DNA of 40,521 nt from the NCBI GenBank assembly GCA_964014485.1, contig CAXHAT010000057.1, forward strand, positions 1 to 40,521, given 5' to 3'. This DNA is from an uncultured Deferribacteres bacterium (GTDB lineage Bacteria; Zhuqueibacterota; Zhuqueibacteria; Zhuqueibacterales; Geothermadaptataceae). Positions 17,430 through 26,616 of this stretch are shown here, one piece after another (within the stretch, counting starts at the first letter, position 1; each line of letters starts with the position of its first letter). Below the pieces are notes generated by a model, which was not told the DNA's origin, made no database searches, and saw only the letters and a list, made by a program, of their open reading frames with translations. Position numbers and translations under genes: made by a program.

Positions 17430-17512
17430 AAGGTTATCGCAATAATAAAGCTCATCAATGCCAAACGACAAAACATCGCAGTTCATATTAATTTTTTATC
17501 GGGGTATTTATT

Positions 17513-17929
17513 ATGAACACTACAAAGAAACGCTTCTTTTTTATCACTTTTTTCGTTTTAAGTTTTGGCGGATTTGTCTGGTCTGTCCCAACTATGACGA
17601 GCATAACGACAAATCATAATGATTTTGACTGGCAAACATCACCGACATACACGATTACCACCGGAGATGCCATCGCTGGTGGCGGAGGTTCAACAGGTTG
17701 GTTTATAGTAGAGTTCTCGCAAACTGGCAATGTTGGTTACTGGTGGGAAGTGTATAGAAATGGTGAAAGGATTGCCGGCAGCAGTAGTACACCAGCATTT
17801 GACGATTTCGATATCGATGTTACGGGTTCTGTAGGCGATGAGTTCTATTTGCGTCTTGCTGCTGGTCTCTGCCCATGTTTAGGCAACGAAGTGCCTTGCG
17901 GCTCAGCAACATTGAGACTCACATATTAA
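17513..17929 (+). CDS. Hypothetical small secreted beta-rich protein
   Basis: Basic then hydrophobic N-terminus, beta-strand-like patterning, CPC...C near the C-terminus, GGGG RBS-like site and its own terminator. Confidence 0.6.
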   Translation: MNTTKKRFFFITFFVLSFGGFVWSVPTMTSITTNHNDFDWQTSPTYTITTGDAIAGGGGSTGWFIVEFSQTGNVGYWWEVYRNGERIAGSSSTPAFDDFDIDVTGSVGDEFYLRLAAGLCPCLGNEVPCGSATLRLTY

Positions 17930-18030
17930 TTCGAAGATTGTCTAATCGCCACGTCTACTAGTAGTATGAGTCTTTTAATAAAATTATAGCGATTTTTTGT
18001 CAATCGGCTATTGATGCTCTTTACTTCTAT

Positions 18031-18066
18031 AAAAGCCCCGAAGACGACTGGTTTTCGGGGCTTTTT
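18031..18066. terminator. Bidirectional intrinsic terminator
   Basis: AAAAGCCCCGAAGAC-GACTG-GTTTTCGGGGCTTTTT. Confidence 0.75.
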
Positions 18067-18090
18067 CTTTAATATCGCATTGCGGCTGAC

Positions 18091-19788
18091 ATGAAGTTTG
18101 AAGGACGGAAATTCTCGATAATTATCGCAGCCTTTTGCTGCTGCCTGGGGTGCGATTCCGAGAACAACCAAGATTTAAAAACCGAAAAGATTGCAGCAGG
18201 CGCTTTTGTTGACGTCACGCAAAAAAGCGGCGTTCAGTTTCTGCACGACCCGAACCGCGACGAGTATTTTATGCCTGCAAGCATGGCTTCCGGCGGCGCG
18301 TTTCTCGATTTTGATAACGACGGCGATCTGGACATATTATTGATCGCAACATCTTTGGAAGCGAACGGCGGCAAGGAACAAATGACGCGATTATACCGCC
18401 AGGACGTGCCGTGGACGTTCAGCGACGTCACTTCAACTTCCGGTTTGGAGGAAACAGGCTACAGCATTGGCGTCGCCGCGGGAGACATAAACAACGACGG
18501 CTTCGCGGACATTTATATCAGCAACTACGGCGCGGACTTTCTTTACCAAAACAACGGCGACGGCTCTTTTAGCAATATTTCGAAAAGCGCTGGAATTACG
18601 AACGAAGCCTGGAGTGCATCGTGCCTATTTTTTGATGCCAACTATGACGGTTTTCTGGATATTTACGTCACGAATTATCTTGCGTACAACCCTAAAGTGA
18701 TTTGCTCTGACCAAGCGGGCCGCCGCGACTACTGCGGCCCTGGAAGTTTTCCCGGAGTCGCCGACAAGCTTTATTTAAATAATGGTGATTTGACTTTTAG
18801 AGACGCGTCCCAAACCTCGGGGATTGCACGTGTTACGTCCAAAGGGCTCGGAGTCGTCAGCGCGGATTTCAATGACGACGGTTTTCCCGATATTTACGTC
18901 GCCAACGATGGTGAACCGAATAATCTTTGGATGAATCAAGGCAAAGGCAAATTTGTTGATGAAGCCGTGACGCGCGGCGCGGCGATCAACAGCCTCGGTC
19001 GAGCTGAGGCAAGTATGGGCATTGCGGTCGGTTTTTTATCAGAAAATAAAACTCCCGATCTTTTCATCACGCATTTGCGAGGAGAAAGCAACACGCTTTA
19101 TCGCGCCGCGTCAAACAACAGCTACTTCGATGAAACGAGAAAAGCCAGGCTGCATGGTCTCAGTCTGCAATACACAGGCTTCGGAACCGGTTTTTTTGAT
19201 TACGATCATGACGGCGACCTTGATCTTGCCGTCGTTAACGGGCGTGTTGTCAGGGGCCCATTGATCGAAGCCACACCGTCAAATTCTTTTTGGCCGCCTT
19301 ATGCGGAACCAAACATGTTGCTTGAAAACAATGGCAACAATCAATTTCTGGAAATCGGAAACATGGCAGGCGGCTTTTCTAAACCGGTCGAGACCAGTCG
19401 CGGGCTGGCGTTTGGGGATGTGGACAACGATGGAGACATTGATTTGCTCGTAACAAACGCGGGCGCGCCTGCACGGCTTTACCGAAATGACGCACCTAAA
19501 AAAGGCGGCTGGCTAACGGTGCGCGCTATAGATCCGCCACTCAATCGTGATGCAATTGGAGCGGTTATCACCGTTTTTATTGAGAACGGTAAAACGTTAA
19601 GGCGACTTGTCCAACCGGGTTATAGCTATCTTTCGAGCAACGACGTTCGAGCGCATTTTGGCTTGGGTCAGACACAAAAGATTGAGCGCGTATGCGTTCA
19701 GTGGCCGGGCGGCGAAGAAGAGTGTTTTTCCGGCATTGACATCAATCAGTTCGTGACGCTTCGAAAGGGGGATGGAAAAAGTGAATGA
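18091..19788 (+). CDS. CRTAC1-family (FG-GAP + ASPIC/UnbV) lipoprotein
   Basis: Lipobox-like CLGC, multiple DxDNDG loops, SRGLAFGDVDNDGDIDL, and ASPIC-UnbV tail 'GYSYLSSNDVRAHFGLG...VQWPGG'. Confidence 0.9.
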   Translation: MKFEGRKFSIIIAAFCCCLGCDSENNQDLKTEKIAAGAFVDVTQKSGVQFLHDPNRDEYFMPASMASGGAFLDFDNDGDLDILLIATSLEANGGKEQMTRLYRQDVPWTFSDVTSTSGLEETGYSIGVAAGDINNDGFADIYISNYGADFLYQNNGDGSFSNISKSAGITNEAWSASCLFFDANYDGFLDIYVTNYLAYNPKVICSDQAGRRDYCGPGSFPGVADKLYLNNGDLTFRDASQTSGIARVTSKGLGVVSADFNDDGFPDIYVANDGEPNNLWMNQGKGKFVDEAVTRGAAINSLGRAEASMGIAVGFLSENKTPDLFITHLRGESNTLYRAASNNSYFDETRKARLHGLSLQYTGFGTGFFDYDHDGDLDLAVVNGRVVRGPLIEATPSNSFWPPYAEPNMLLENNGNNQFLEIGNMAGGFSKPVETSRGLAFGDVDNDGDIDLLVTNAGAPARLYRNDAPKKGGWLTVRAIDPPLNRDAIGAVITVFIENGKTLRRLVQPGYSYLSSNDVRAHFGLGQTQKIERVCVQWPGGEEECFSGIDINQFVTLRKGDGKSE

Positions 19789-19993
19789 ACCCGCGCGAAA
19801 TCCAGGGAAAGGCAGCCGCGCTTGCGACCTTGATCTGGAAGTAATCCTGGGCTCAAACGTTGAAGCGTTTGAGCCTCGTTTGCCGTCACTGGCGACGATA
19901 AATCGCCGCACTCCCCAAAACCTCTAATTTCGTGACGGCAAAATGCAGCCGGCTATCAAAACCTAAAATTCAAAACGTTGATAAGGAGAAACC

Positions 19994-20389
19994 ATGTTTG
20001 CAAAAGGTGAATTCGAGGTAAATCTGCAACCTTTAGACAATTATGCTGACGGCGAAGAAGGCATGATGCTGAATCGCATGTCCATAGATAAAACTTTCCG
20101 GGGCGATTTGGAAGCGACGAGTCGCGGCGAAATGTTAAGCGTCAGAACGCCGGTTAAGGGCTCGGCGGGCTATGTTGCAATTGAGCAAGTCAACGGTTTT
20201 CTGCGAGGGAAACGCGGCACGTTTGTTTTACAGCATTTCGGCGCAATGCAAGGCGATGAAAACCGACTCATTCTTGAAGTTTCTCCCGATTCCGCCACGG
20301 GCGAATTGATGGGTTTGACAGGAACGATGAAAATTATCATCAAGGACAGTAAGCATTTTTACGAGTTTGAATATACGCTCCCTCAATAA
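19994..20389 (+). CDS. DUF3224 domain protein
   Basis: 'AKGEFEV...IDKTFRGDLEATSRGEML...SAGYVAIE...GTFVLQH...DSATGEL.GL.G'; AAGGAG RBS. Confidence 0.85.
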   Translation: MFAKGEFEVNLQPLDNYADGEEGMMLNRMSIDKTFRGDLEATSRGEMLSVRTPVKGSAGYVAIEQVNGFLRGKRGTFVLQHFGAMQGDENRLILEVSPDSATGELMGLTGTMKIIIKDSKHFYEFEYTLPQ

Positions 20390-20420
20390 GGAGAAATTAA
20401 AAAACAGCGCATTTTGTCGG

Positions 20421-20449
20421 GTAACTAAATGAGCATTCGGCTTGTCTTA
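20421..20449 (+). promoter_or_regulatory. Possible ECF-sigma promoter for the permease gene
   Basis: GTAAC-N17-TGTCTTA about 50 nt upstream of ATG 20497. Confidence 0.3.
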
Positions 20450-20496
20450 TAATGAAGGGTTGAAAAATCAATGCCGAGCGCTCATTGGAGGAGACT

Positions 20497-22854
20497 ATGT
20501 TCAAGAATTATCTCAAAATCGCGCTGAGGAATTTGTACAAGTACAAAGGCTACTCGTTTATCAACATCGTCGGACTGACCGCGGGGCTGACGTGCAGCAT
20601 GCTCATTTTGATGTGGGTGCAGCACGAGCTCAGTTATGATCGATTCAATAAACATGCTGAAGACGTTTATCGCGTCGTTGAAAATCAATTCTACGCCGGG
20701 GGCGAAATTTTTCCCGTCGCCGTCACGCCCGGACCTTTGGCGAGCGCATTGAAAACTGAATTCCCGGAAATCGTCCAGGCCACGCGATTCAACTACCGGA
20801 CGTTGACCATCAAAAAAGACGAGCAGGTTTTCAGCGAGGGCGTTGCGTTCGCCGATCCCGAGTTTTTTGACATTTTTACCCTTCCGCTTGTGCAAGGCAA
20901 TCTCTCGACCGCGCTTTCAGACCCGCACTCATTGGTTCTCACCCAAGAAGCGGCGGCAAAATATTTTGGCGACGGGGATGCTGTCGGGCAGGTTTTGCGC
21001 ATTAACAACCAGGTTGATTTTCGCGTGACGGCCGTGATAGAAAACGTTCCGGATAATTCGCATCTGCAGTTCGACATTCTGGCGCCGTTCGTTTACATGC
21101 GCGAAATGGGGAGCAACCTGGTAACCTGGCGCTCGAATTGGTGCTACACCTACGTCCGCCTGCAAAAAAACACGCCGCACCCTCAGGTTGACGAAAAAAT
21201 TGTCGACCTGATCAAGAAGAACAACGAAAACAGCGTCACCGAAATTTATCTCCAGCCGTTGACTGAAATCCACCTCTACTCTTCCGGAAAATATACGGCG
21301 GATATTGGCGGGCACGGCGACATTCAATATGTCAAAATATTTTCCGTAATCGCATTATTCGTTTTGCTCATCGCTTGCATCAATTTCATGAACCTCGCGA
21401 CCGCACGTTCTGAGCGTCGCGCCAAAGAAGTCGGCTTGCGGAAAGTCGTCGGCGCGAGGCGCTCCCAGTTGATCAACCAGTTTTTCGGCGAAGCGGTTTT
21501 TCTTTCTCTGATCGCCTTTATTGCAGCGCTTATTCTCGTGAAATTATTACAGCCGACCTTCAATGATCTTTCCGGCAAAACGCTGGGTCTCGGCACACTC
21601 GAGCCCTATTTATTTTTGTCGTTCCTCGCGATTGCTTTGCTCACCGGCATTATCTCCGGCATTTACCCGTCTTTATTTCTTTCTTCATTCAAGCCCATCG
21701 AAACGCTGAAAGGCGGCGGGAGCGCCCGTCGCGGCGGTTCTTTGTTTCGAAAAACGCTGGTCGTGTTGCAATTCGCGCTCTCGGTGATCATGATCATTGG
21801 CACGCTCGTCGTCATTCGCCAGATGGAGTTTATCCGCAATAAAAATCTGGGACTGAACAAGGAAAATCTCGGCTATGTCTGGATGTCCGGGCAATTTAGG
21901 GAAAAAAGCGCTGTGGCTAAGCAAGAGCTGCTGCGCAATCCAAACATCACCGCGATCACCCGTACCAGCCAGCTTCCAACCTATGTCGCCAGGTCAAGTT
22001 CGGGCTTTGGATGGCCGGGAAAAGACCCCAACGACGACGTTTTGATGCACCTTTTGAGCGTTGATGAAGATTACGTAAACGCTTTCGCAATGGAAATGGC
22101 GGAGGGTCGTTTTTTTTCGCGGGAATTTCCCGCCGATTCGCAAACCGTCGTGATCAATCAACGCGCCGCTGAAATCATGGGATTGGAAAATCCCGTCGGC
22201 CAGCCCCTAACCGCCGGTCAGGCGGATTATACAATTGTCGGCGTGGTTAAGGATTTTCATTTTAAGCCGGTGCGCACGAAAATTGAGCCGTTGCTACTGT
22301 TTTTGAGCCCAACGCGCTACTACGCGATGGTGATGCGCACGAGACCGGAGAATATCAGCGAAACCATAGAATTTGTCGAAAGAACCTACAAAAACTTCAA
22401 TCCCGACACGCCGTTTTTCTTCAATTTTCTGGATGAAGATTATGACCGCCTGTATCGGGCGGAACAGCGCGCCGGCAAACTCTCCGGATATTTTGCCGCT
22501 ATCGCCATTTTGATCGCCAGCCTTGGGCTCTACGGTCTGGCTTCCTATATGGCGGAACGGCGAACCAAGGAAATTGGCGTGCGCAAAGTGCTTGGCGCGT
22601 CCATCCCAAATCTTTTTTTACTGTTGTCGAAGAATTTCATCGTTTTGGCGGGGATTGCCAATCTAATCGCTTGGCCGATAGCGTGGTTTGTCATGTCCGG
22701 CTGGCTGGAGAATTACGCCTACCGCACCAACCTGAACGCTTTTGTTTTCATTGCAGCGGCAGCTTTGGCGGTGGTAATCGTCCTGATCACCGTCAGCTAC
22801 CAAGCCGTTCGTGCGGCGCGAGCGAACCCCATCGACTCTTTGCGTTATGAGTAA
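20497..22854 (+). CDS. ABC transporter permease, duplicated MacB_PCD/FtsX type
   Basis: MFKNYLKIALRNL..K.YSFINI.GL, IACINFMNLATARS..RAKEVGLRKVVGA, RTKEIGVRKVLGAS and ANPIDSLRYE. GGAGGAG RBS favours ATG 20497. Confidence 0.95.
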   Translation: MFKNYLKIALRNLYKYKGYSFINIVGLTAGLTCSMLILMWVQHELSYDRFNKHAEDVYRVVENQFYAGGEIFPVAVTPGPLASALKTEFPEIVQATRFNYRTLTIKKDEQVFSEGVAFADPEFFDIFTLPLVQGNLSTALSDPHSLVLTQEAAAKYFGDGDAVGQVLRINNQVDFRVTAVIENVPDNSHLQFDILAPFVYMREMGSNLVTWRSNWCYTYVRLQKNTPHPQVDEKIVDLIKKNNENSVTEIYLQPLTEIHLYSSGKYTADIGGHGDIQYVKIFSVIALFVLLIACINFMNLATARSERRAKEVGLRKVVGARRSQLINQFFGEAVFLSLIAFIAALILVKLLQPTFNDLSGKTLGLGTLEPYLFLSFLAIALLTGIISGIYPSLFLSSFKPIETLKGGGSARRGGSLFRKTLVVLQFALSVIMIIGTLVVIRQMEFIRNKNLGLNKENLGYVWMSGQFREKSAVAKQELLRNPNITAITRTSQLPTYVARSSSGFGWPGKDPNDDVLMHLLSVDEDYVNAFAMEMAEGRFFSREFPADSQTVVINQRAAEIMGLENPVGQPLTAGQADYTIVGVVKDFHFKPVRTKIEPLLLFLSPTRYYAMVMRTRPENISETIEFVERTYKNFNPDTPFFFNFLDEDYDRLYRAEQRAGKLSGYFAAIAILIASLGLYGLASYMAERRTKEIGVRKVLGASIPNLFLLLSKNFIVLAGIANLIAWPIAWFVMSGWLENYAYRTNLNAFVFIAAAALAVVIVLITVSYQAVRAARANPIDSLRYE

Positions 22855-22882
22855 ATTCTGTGAGTTTTGCGGAAGGTCGTCG

Positions 22883-23632
22883 TCAGTCAATTTCCAACGT
22901 AACGGGACAATGATCTGACCCCATAATGTTAGGCAAAATATTGGCGTTTTTCAGGTTTGGTCGCAGGCTTTCAGAAATGCAAAAATAATCGATGCGCCAG
23001 CCGACGTTTCTGGCCCGTGCATTCGAGAAGTTGCTCCACCAGGTATAATGTCCGCCGTCTTGGACAAACTCGCGGAAAGTGTCAACAAAACCAGCTTCGA
23101 CGATATTATCAAATCCGGTGCGTTCTTCGTCGGTGAATCCGGCGTTGCGCCGATTTGTTTTTGGATTCGCCAGGTCAATCTCTTTGTGCGCCACATTTAA
23201 ATCCCCGCAAAATATAACCGGTTTTTGCTTTTCCAATTCCTTGACAAAACCAAGAAAATCCCGGTCCCATTCCTGCCGGTAATCCAACCGCAGCAATCCG
23301 CGCTTCGAGTTAGGCGTGTAAACAGTAATGAGAAAAAAGTCCGGAAATTCTGCTGTGATTACGCGTCCTTCCCGGTCATGCTCGTCTTTTCCAAGATCGT
23401 TTTGAACGTTTATCGGATTCGCACGCGTGAAAATCGCCGTTCCGGAATAGCCCTTTTTCTCAGCGGAATTCCAAAACTGATCGTAGCCTGGCAGTTCAAA
23501 ATCAACTTGTTCCTGCTGCGCTTTTGTCTCTTGAAGACAAATGACGTCCGCGTCGCAAGTCTGGAAAAATTCATCCGCGCCTTTTTTCAGAGCGGCGCGA
23601 ACACCGTTTACGTTCCAGGAAATAAATCGCAT
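22883..23632 (-). CDS. xth: Exodeoxyribonuclease III / AP endonuclease (Xth/ExoA family)
   Basis: [48 protein letters not shown] and GSDHCP. Confidence 0.97.
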   Translation of the reverse strand: MRFISWNVNGVRAALKKGADEFFQTCDADVICLQETKAQQEQVDFELPGYDQFWNSAEKKGYSGTAIFTRANPINVQNDLGKDEHDREGRVITAEFPDFFLITVYTPNSKRGLLRLDYRQEWDRDFLGFVKELEKQKPVIFCGDLNVAHKEIDLANPKTNRRNAGFTDEERTGFDNIVEAGFVDTFREFVQDGGHYTWWSNFSNARARNVGWRIDYFCISESLRPNLKNANILPNIMGSDHCPVTLEID

Positions 23633-23656
23633 TGTTCTCCCGCTGTTTATTCCGCG

Positions 23657-23712
23657 CAGATTGATGGATTAATGAATCGTTAAGCCCATTATTCCAACAA
23701 TCCGCGGCTCCA
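23657..23712. repeat. Inverted array of 8-mer units (third, more degenerate copy)
   Basis: CAGATTGA TGGATTAA TGAATCGT TAAGCCCA TTATTCCA ACAATCCG CGGCTCCA. Confidence 0.6.
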
Positions 23713-23725
23713 AAATGACCGGCGC

Positions 23726-24535
23726 TTACTGGACTTGCCGCACTGAGATGATTGCCACATCTTCTTCAGGCTTATCATTAAATGTAGACGTTTTAACGTT
23801 GCAAATCTGATCGACGACGGTCATGCCTTTCACGACCTTGCCAAAAACGGTGTGCTTGCCGTCAAGAAACGGCGTGTTGGCGTGGGTGATAAAAAATTGC
23901 GAACCGTTCGTATTTGGGCCGGCGTTCGCCATGGCAATCACGCCGCGAACAGCCTTATGAGAATTTAGTGAGCTGTCATACTTATAGCCCATTTCCGTGA
24001 AAAAATCCAACGCCGACATACTTACGTACTGCTTCATCACACTGTCAATTTCGGCGTTTCTAGCCAAAAACTCTTCCTGGTTGCGAATTTGAAGCTTCTG
24101 AAAAACGAATCGTTGAACTTCTTGAGAATTGACGGTCTGATTAGCGAGACCAAGCGCTTCTGCATTAATTTCGTCCTTGAATTTGAAGCCGGGGTCGCCG
24201 CGTCCGCTACCCAGAGGACAGCCGCCCTGCATCATAAAGCCTTGGATCACGCGATGGAAAATTAAGCCGTCATAATACGGTCGTTTGACTTTTTCTCCGT
24301 TGTTCGGATCGGTGAATTCCTTCGTTCCTTCGGCCAGGCCAATAAAATTCGCCACGGTCTCAGGGGCGTCTTTTTCGAATAATTCGAGATGAATCACGCC
24401 CATCGACGTTTCCATGGCCACAATCGGGTTATCCGGATCATTAAGTTCTGTATCAAATTCTATGCTTGGCTGATCGCAGCCGAAAGCCAGCATCGCGGCG
24501 ACTAAAAAACTCGCCGTCTTCAAGAATGAGCGCAT
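23726..24535 (-). CDS. Cyclophilin-type peptidyl-prolyl isomerase, lipoprotein
   Basis: Lipobox AFGC; APETVANF, YYDGLIFHRVI..FMMQGG, MANAGPNTNGSQFFIT and LDGKHTVFGKV. Confidence 0.95.
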   Translation of the reverse strand: MRSFLKTASFLVAAMLAFGCDQPSIEFDTELNDPDNPIVAMETSMGVIHLELFEKDAPETVANFIGLAEGTKEFTDPNNGEKVKRPYYDGLIFHRVIQGFMMQGGCPLGSGRGDPGFKFKDEINAEALGLANQTVNSQEVQRFVFQKLQIRNQEEFLARNAEIDSVMKQYVSMSALDFFTEMGYKYDSSLNSHKAVRGVIAMANAGPNTNGSQFFITHANTPFLDGKHTVFGKVVKGMTVVDQICNVKTSTFNDKPEEDVAIISVRQVQ

Positions 24536-24584
24536 GTTTGCTCCTTTTCAGGTGTTTCCCGTTCTGATTTTTATAAAGGAGCCT

Positions 24585-24613
24585 ATAATACCGTTCACGG
24601 CGCGTTTTGTCAA
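24585..24613 (-). promoter_or_regulatory. Sigma70-type promoter of the cyclophilin gene
   Basis: Minus strand TTGACA-N17-TATTAT. Confidence 0.7.
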
Positions 24614-24718
24614 GCAAAACTCTTGCTGTGAAATTCCGCGTTTTTTGGCGCGCGCACGCTCGTTTTTCCCTTCATGACCAGGCAGCACTCACTTTTTTTC
24701 GAATTTCAAAAATACTGC

Positions 24719-24751
24719 TGACATAATGTTGTCACTCTTCGTTTGTATCAT
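24719..24751 (+). promoter_or_regulatory. Palindromic operator plus -10 element upstream of the DinB-family gene (WYL-activator-like architecture)
   Basis: TGACA-N6-TGTCA, whose right half reads TGTCAC-N10-TATCAT. Confidence 0.5.
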
Positions 24752-24831
24752 GCCTGCGTCAAAATTATTATAGGCTTCGCGGCGGGTCGCTAAAACTCGC
24801 CGCGATCTCATTTCTCGAAAAGGAGGACAAC

Positions 24832-25311
24832 ATGGATTTACGTAAAGGTTTGGCGCAGGAACTTAAAGTAACGGAGGAATTTTTCAATCGCAGCACCAAC
24901 TGCCTGACGGAAGAGAACTCCGCCTTTGCACCTCAGGAAGTTTTGTATACAGTTGCGGGCCATGTCACCCACACGGCTCAGACAATTGAATGGTTTTCAG
25001 ACGGGGCCTTCAACTCCAAAGGCTTCGATATGAACTTTGACGATCACATCAAAGAAGCCAGAGAAACGAAATCTTTACAAGCTGCAAGAGATCGTCTGAA
25101 AAACGCTTTTGCACACCTAGCGGGCTTGCTGGAATCGAAAAGCGAGGCCGACTGGCTGGCGCCAATCGCCGAGGGGCCAATTATGGGCGGCCAACCGCGC
25201 TTCACCATTTTTAGCGCGATTGTGGATCATTGCGCGCATCATCGAGGCGCGCTCACCGTTTATTCGCGTTTGCTTGGCAAAGTGCCGGCAATGCCGTATA
25301 TGGATATGTAA
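24832..25311 (+). CDS. DinB/YfiT-like four-helix bundle protein (not DNA Pol IV)
   Basis: F.P....TV..HV.H and 'DHCAHHRGALTVYSRLLG.VP.MPY'; AGGAGG RBS. Confidence 0.9.
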   Translation: MDLRKGLAQELKVTEEFFNRSTNCLTEENSAFAPQEVLYTVAGHVTHTAQTIEWFSDGAFNSKGFDMNFDDHIKEARETKSLQAARDRLKNAFAHLAGLLESKSEADWLAPIAEGPIMGGQPRFTIFSAIVDHCAHHRGALTVYSRLLGKVPAMPYMDM

Positions 25312-25345
25312 AATCTGTCATGCAGTGATCGTCTGAACGCAGCCT

Positions 25346-25385
25346 GCAGCCCCGATGAGTTTTAGCAAAACCGGGGCTGCTCTTT
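25346..25385 (+). terminator. Possible intrinsic terminator
   Basis: GCAGCCCCG ... CGGGGCTGC followed by TCTTT. Confidence 0.45.
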
Positions 25386-25416
25386 CCCAAAACGCTATGA
25401 GCAAGAGGATAAACGC

Positions 25417-25782
25417 ATGACTGAGTACGAAAAAATAAACTATGTTGAGTTTCCAGCCAATGATCTTGGCGCGACCAAATCATTCTTCAGCAGAGTATTC
25501 GATTGGTCGTTTCAAGACTATGGCCCCGATTATTCATCTTTCACTTCTTCAAGCGCCGGCCTAGACGGCGGCTTCTTCAAGTCTGAGCTAAAAGCGACGA
25601 CGGCGACCGGCAGCGCGCTGATCGTTCTCTACAGCGTCAATCTCGAAGAAACGCTGTCAAAAGTGGTAGAAGCTGGCGGATCTGTCATCAAGGAAATCTT
25701 TTCCTTTCCGGGCGGCCGAAGGTTTCACTTTGCGGAACCAAGCGGGAATGAACTTGCCGTTTGGTCGGATAAAGATGCATAA
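25417..25782 (+). CDS. VOC family (glyoxalase/bleomycin resistance) protein
   Basis: KINYVEFPA.DL..TK.FF..VF.WSF.DYGPDY and FSFPGGRRFHF.EPSGNELAVWS. Confidence 0.93.
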   Translation: MTEYEKINYVEFPANDLGATKSFFSRVFDWSFQDYGPDYSSFTSSSAGLDGGFFKSELKATTATGSALIVLYSVNLEETLSKVVEAGGSVIKEIFSFPGGRRFHFAEPSGNELAVWSDKDA

Positions 25783-25821
25783 AAATACGTCGCCTCAATC
25801 TTGTTTTTTTGAAGAAAACCT

Positions 25822-26520
25822 GTGAGCAATCGAATGGACAATTTGTATCTTCACGAAGAAGCGTTACTGTTGGCTTTAAAAGACAGAGAAGGCACGATTG
25901 AATCTGGTACGATGTACCAATTTGCTCTTGGCGGCTCATTGTTGTCCGAGTTACTGCTGCATGAGCGAATTCGCGTCGAATCGCAAAAAAGAAAAGATTT
26001 CGTTGAGATAGCCGATCCAACGCCCGTGGGAGACGTTTTGCTAGACGAGTGCCTTGAACGTATTCGAACCAGCAAGCGGCGAGCGACGATAGAAACCTGG
26101 GTTTCACGGTTTTCAAACATCGGCAAATTGAAACATCGCATCGCACAACAGCTTTGCTTAAAAGGGATTTTGCGTGAAGACGAGGACAAAATTCTGTTGC
26201 TTTTCAGACGCAAAATCTATCCGGAAATTAATCCCGAGCCTGAACGCCGCTTGATTGAACGATTGCGCGAAGCCATTTTTGAGGACAACGCCCAAATGAC
26301 ACAAAACACCGCGATTCTCATTTCCCTGGCGCATGCCACAAGCTTGCTCAAAGTCATTTTCGACCGTAAGGCGCTAAAGTCAAGAAAAAAACATATTGAA
26401 CGCATCGCTGCGGGCGAGATGACCGGACGCGCCGTCGCGAAAGCGGTTGAGGCGATACAAGCTGCGATCATGGCTGCAGTTATCGCTTCCGCCGTAACTG
26501 CATCGACTGCGGGATCTTAA
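25822..26520 (+). CDS. GPP34 (GOLPH3/Vps74-like) family protein; start may be ATG 25834
   Basis: L.LHEE.LLLAL.D.EG, ALGG.LL.ELLL..RI, GD.LLD.CL..I and L..KGIL...EDKILLLF....YP. Confidence 0.85.
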   Translation: MSNRMDNLYLHEEALLLALKDREGTIESGTMYQFALGGSLLSELLLHERIRVESQKRKDFVEIADPTPVGDVLLDECLERIRTSKRRATIETWVSRFSNIGKLKHRIAQQLCLKGILREDEDKILLLFRRKIYPEINPEPERRLIERLREAIFEDNAQMTQNTAILISLAHATSLLKVIFDRKALKSRKKHIERIAAGEMTGRAVAKAVEAIQAAIMAAVIASAVTASTAGS

Positions 26521-26525
26521 ACACC

Positions 26526-26578
26526 GATGTTACGCGCCAGCTCTGAAGCCAGAGAAACTTCCAAGAGTGCGTAACATC
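26526..26578. repeat. Intergenic inverted repeat
   Basis: GATGTTACGCGC ... GTGCGTAACATC. Confidence 0.45.
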
Positions 26579-26616
26579 AGTTAATCAGCAATTTTAGAGT
26601 TTCAATTGGAGACCTT

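Noticed and set aside
19781..19927. Short ORF overlapping the CRTAC1 stop (GTGAATGA)
   Set aside because: About 48 codons with no motif and no resemblance to the TPR partners often found with CRTAC1 proteins.
24832..25311. DNA polymerase IV (dinB)
   Set aside because: Only 159 aa with the His-triad DinB/YfiT bundle motif; unrelated to Y-family polymerases.
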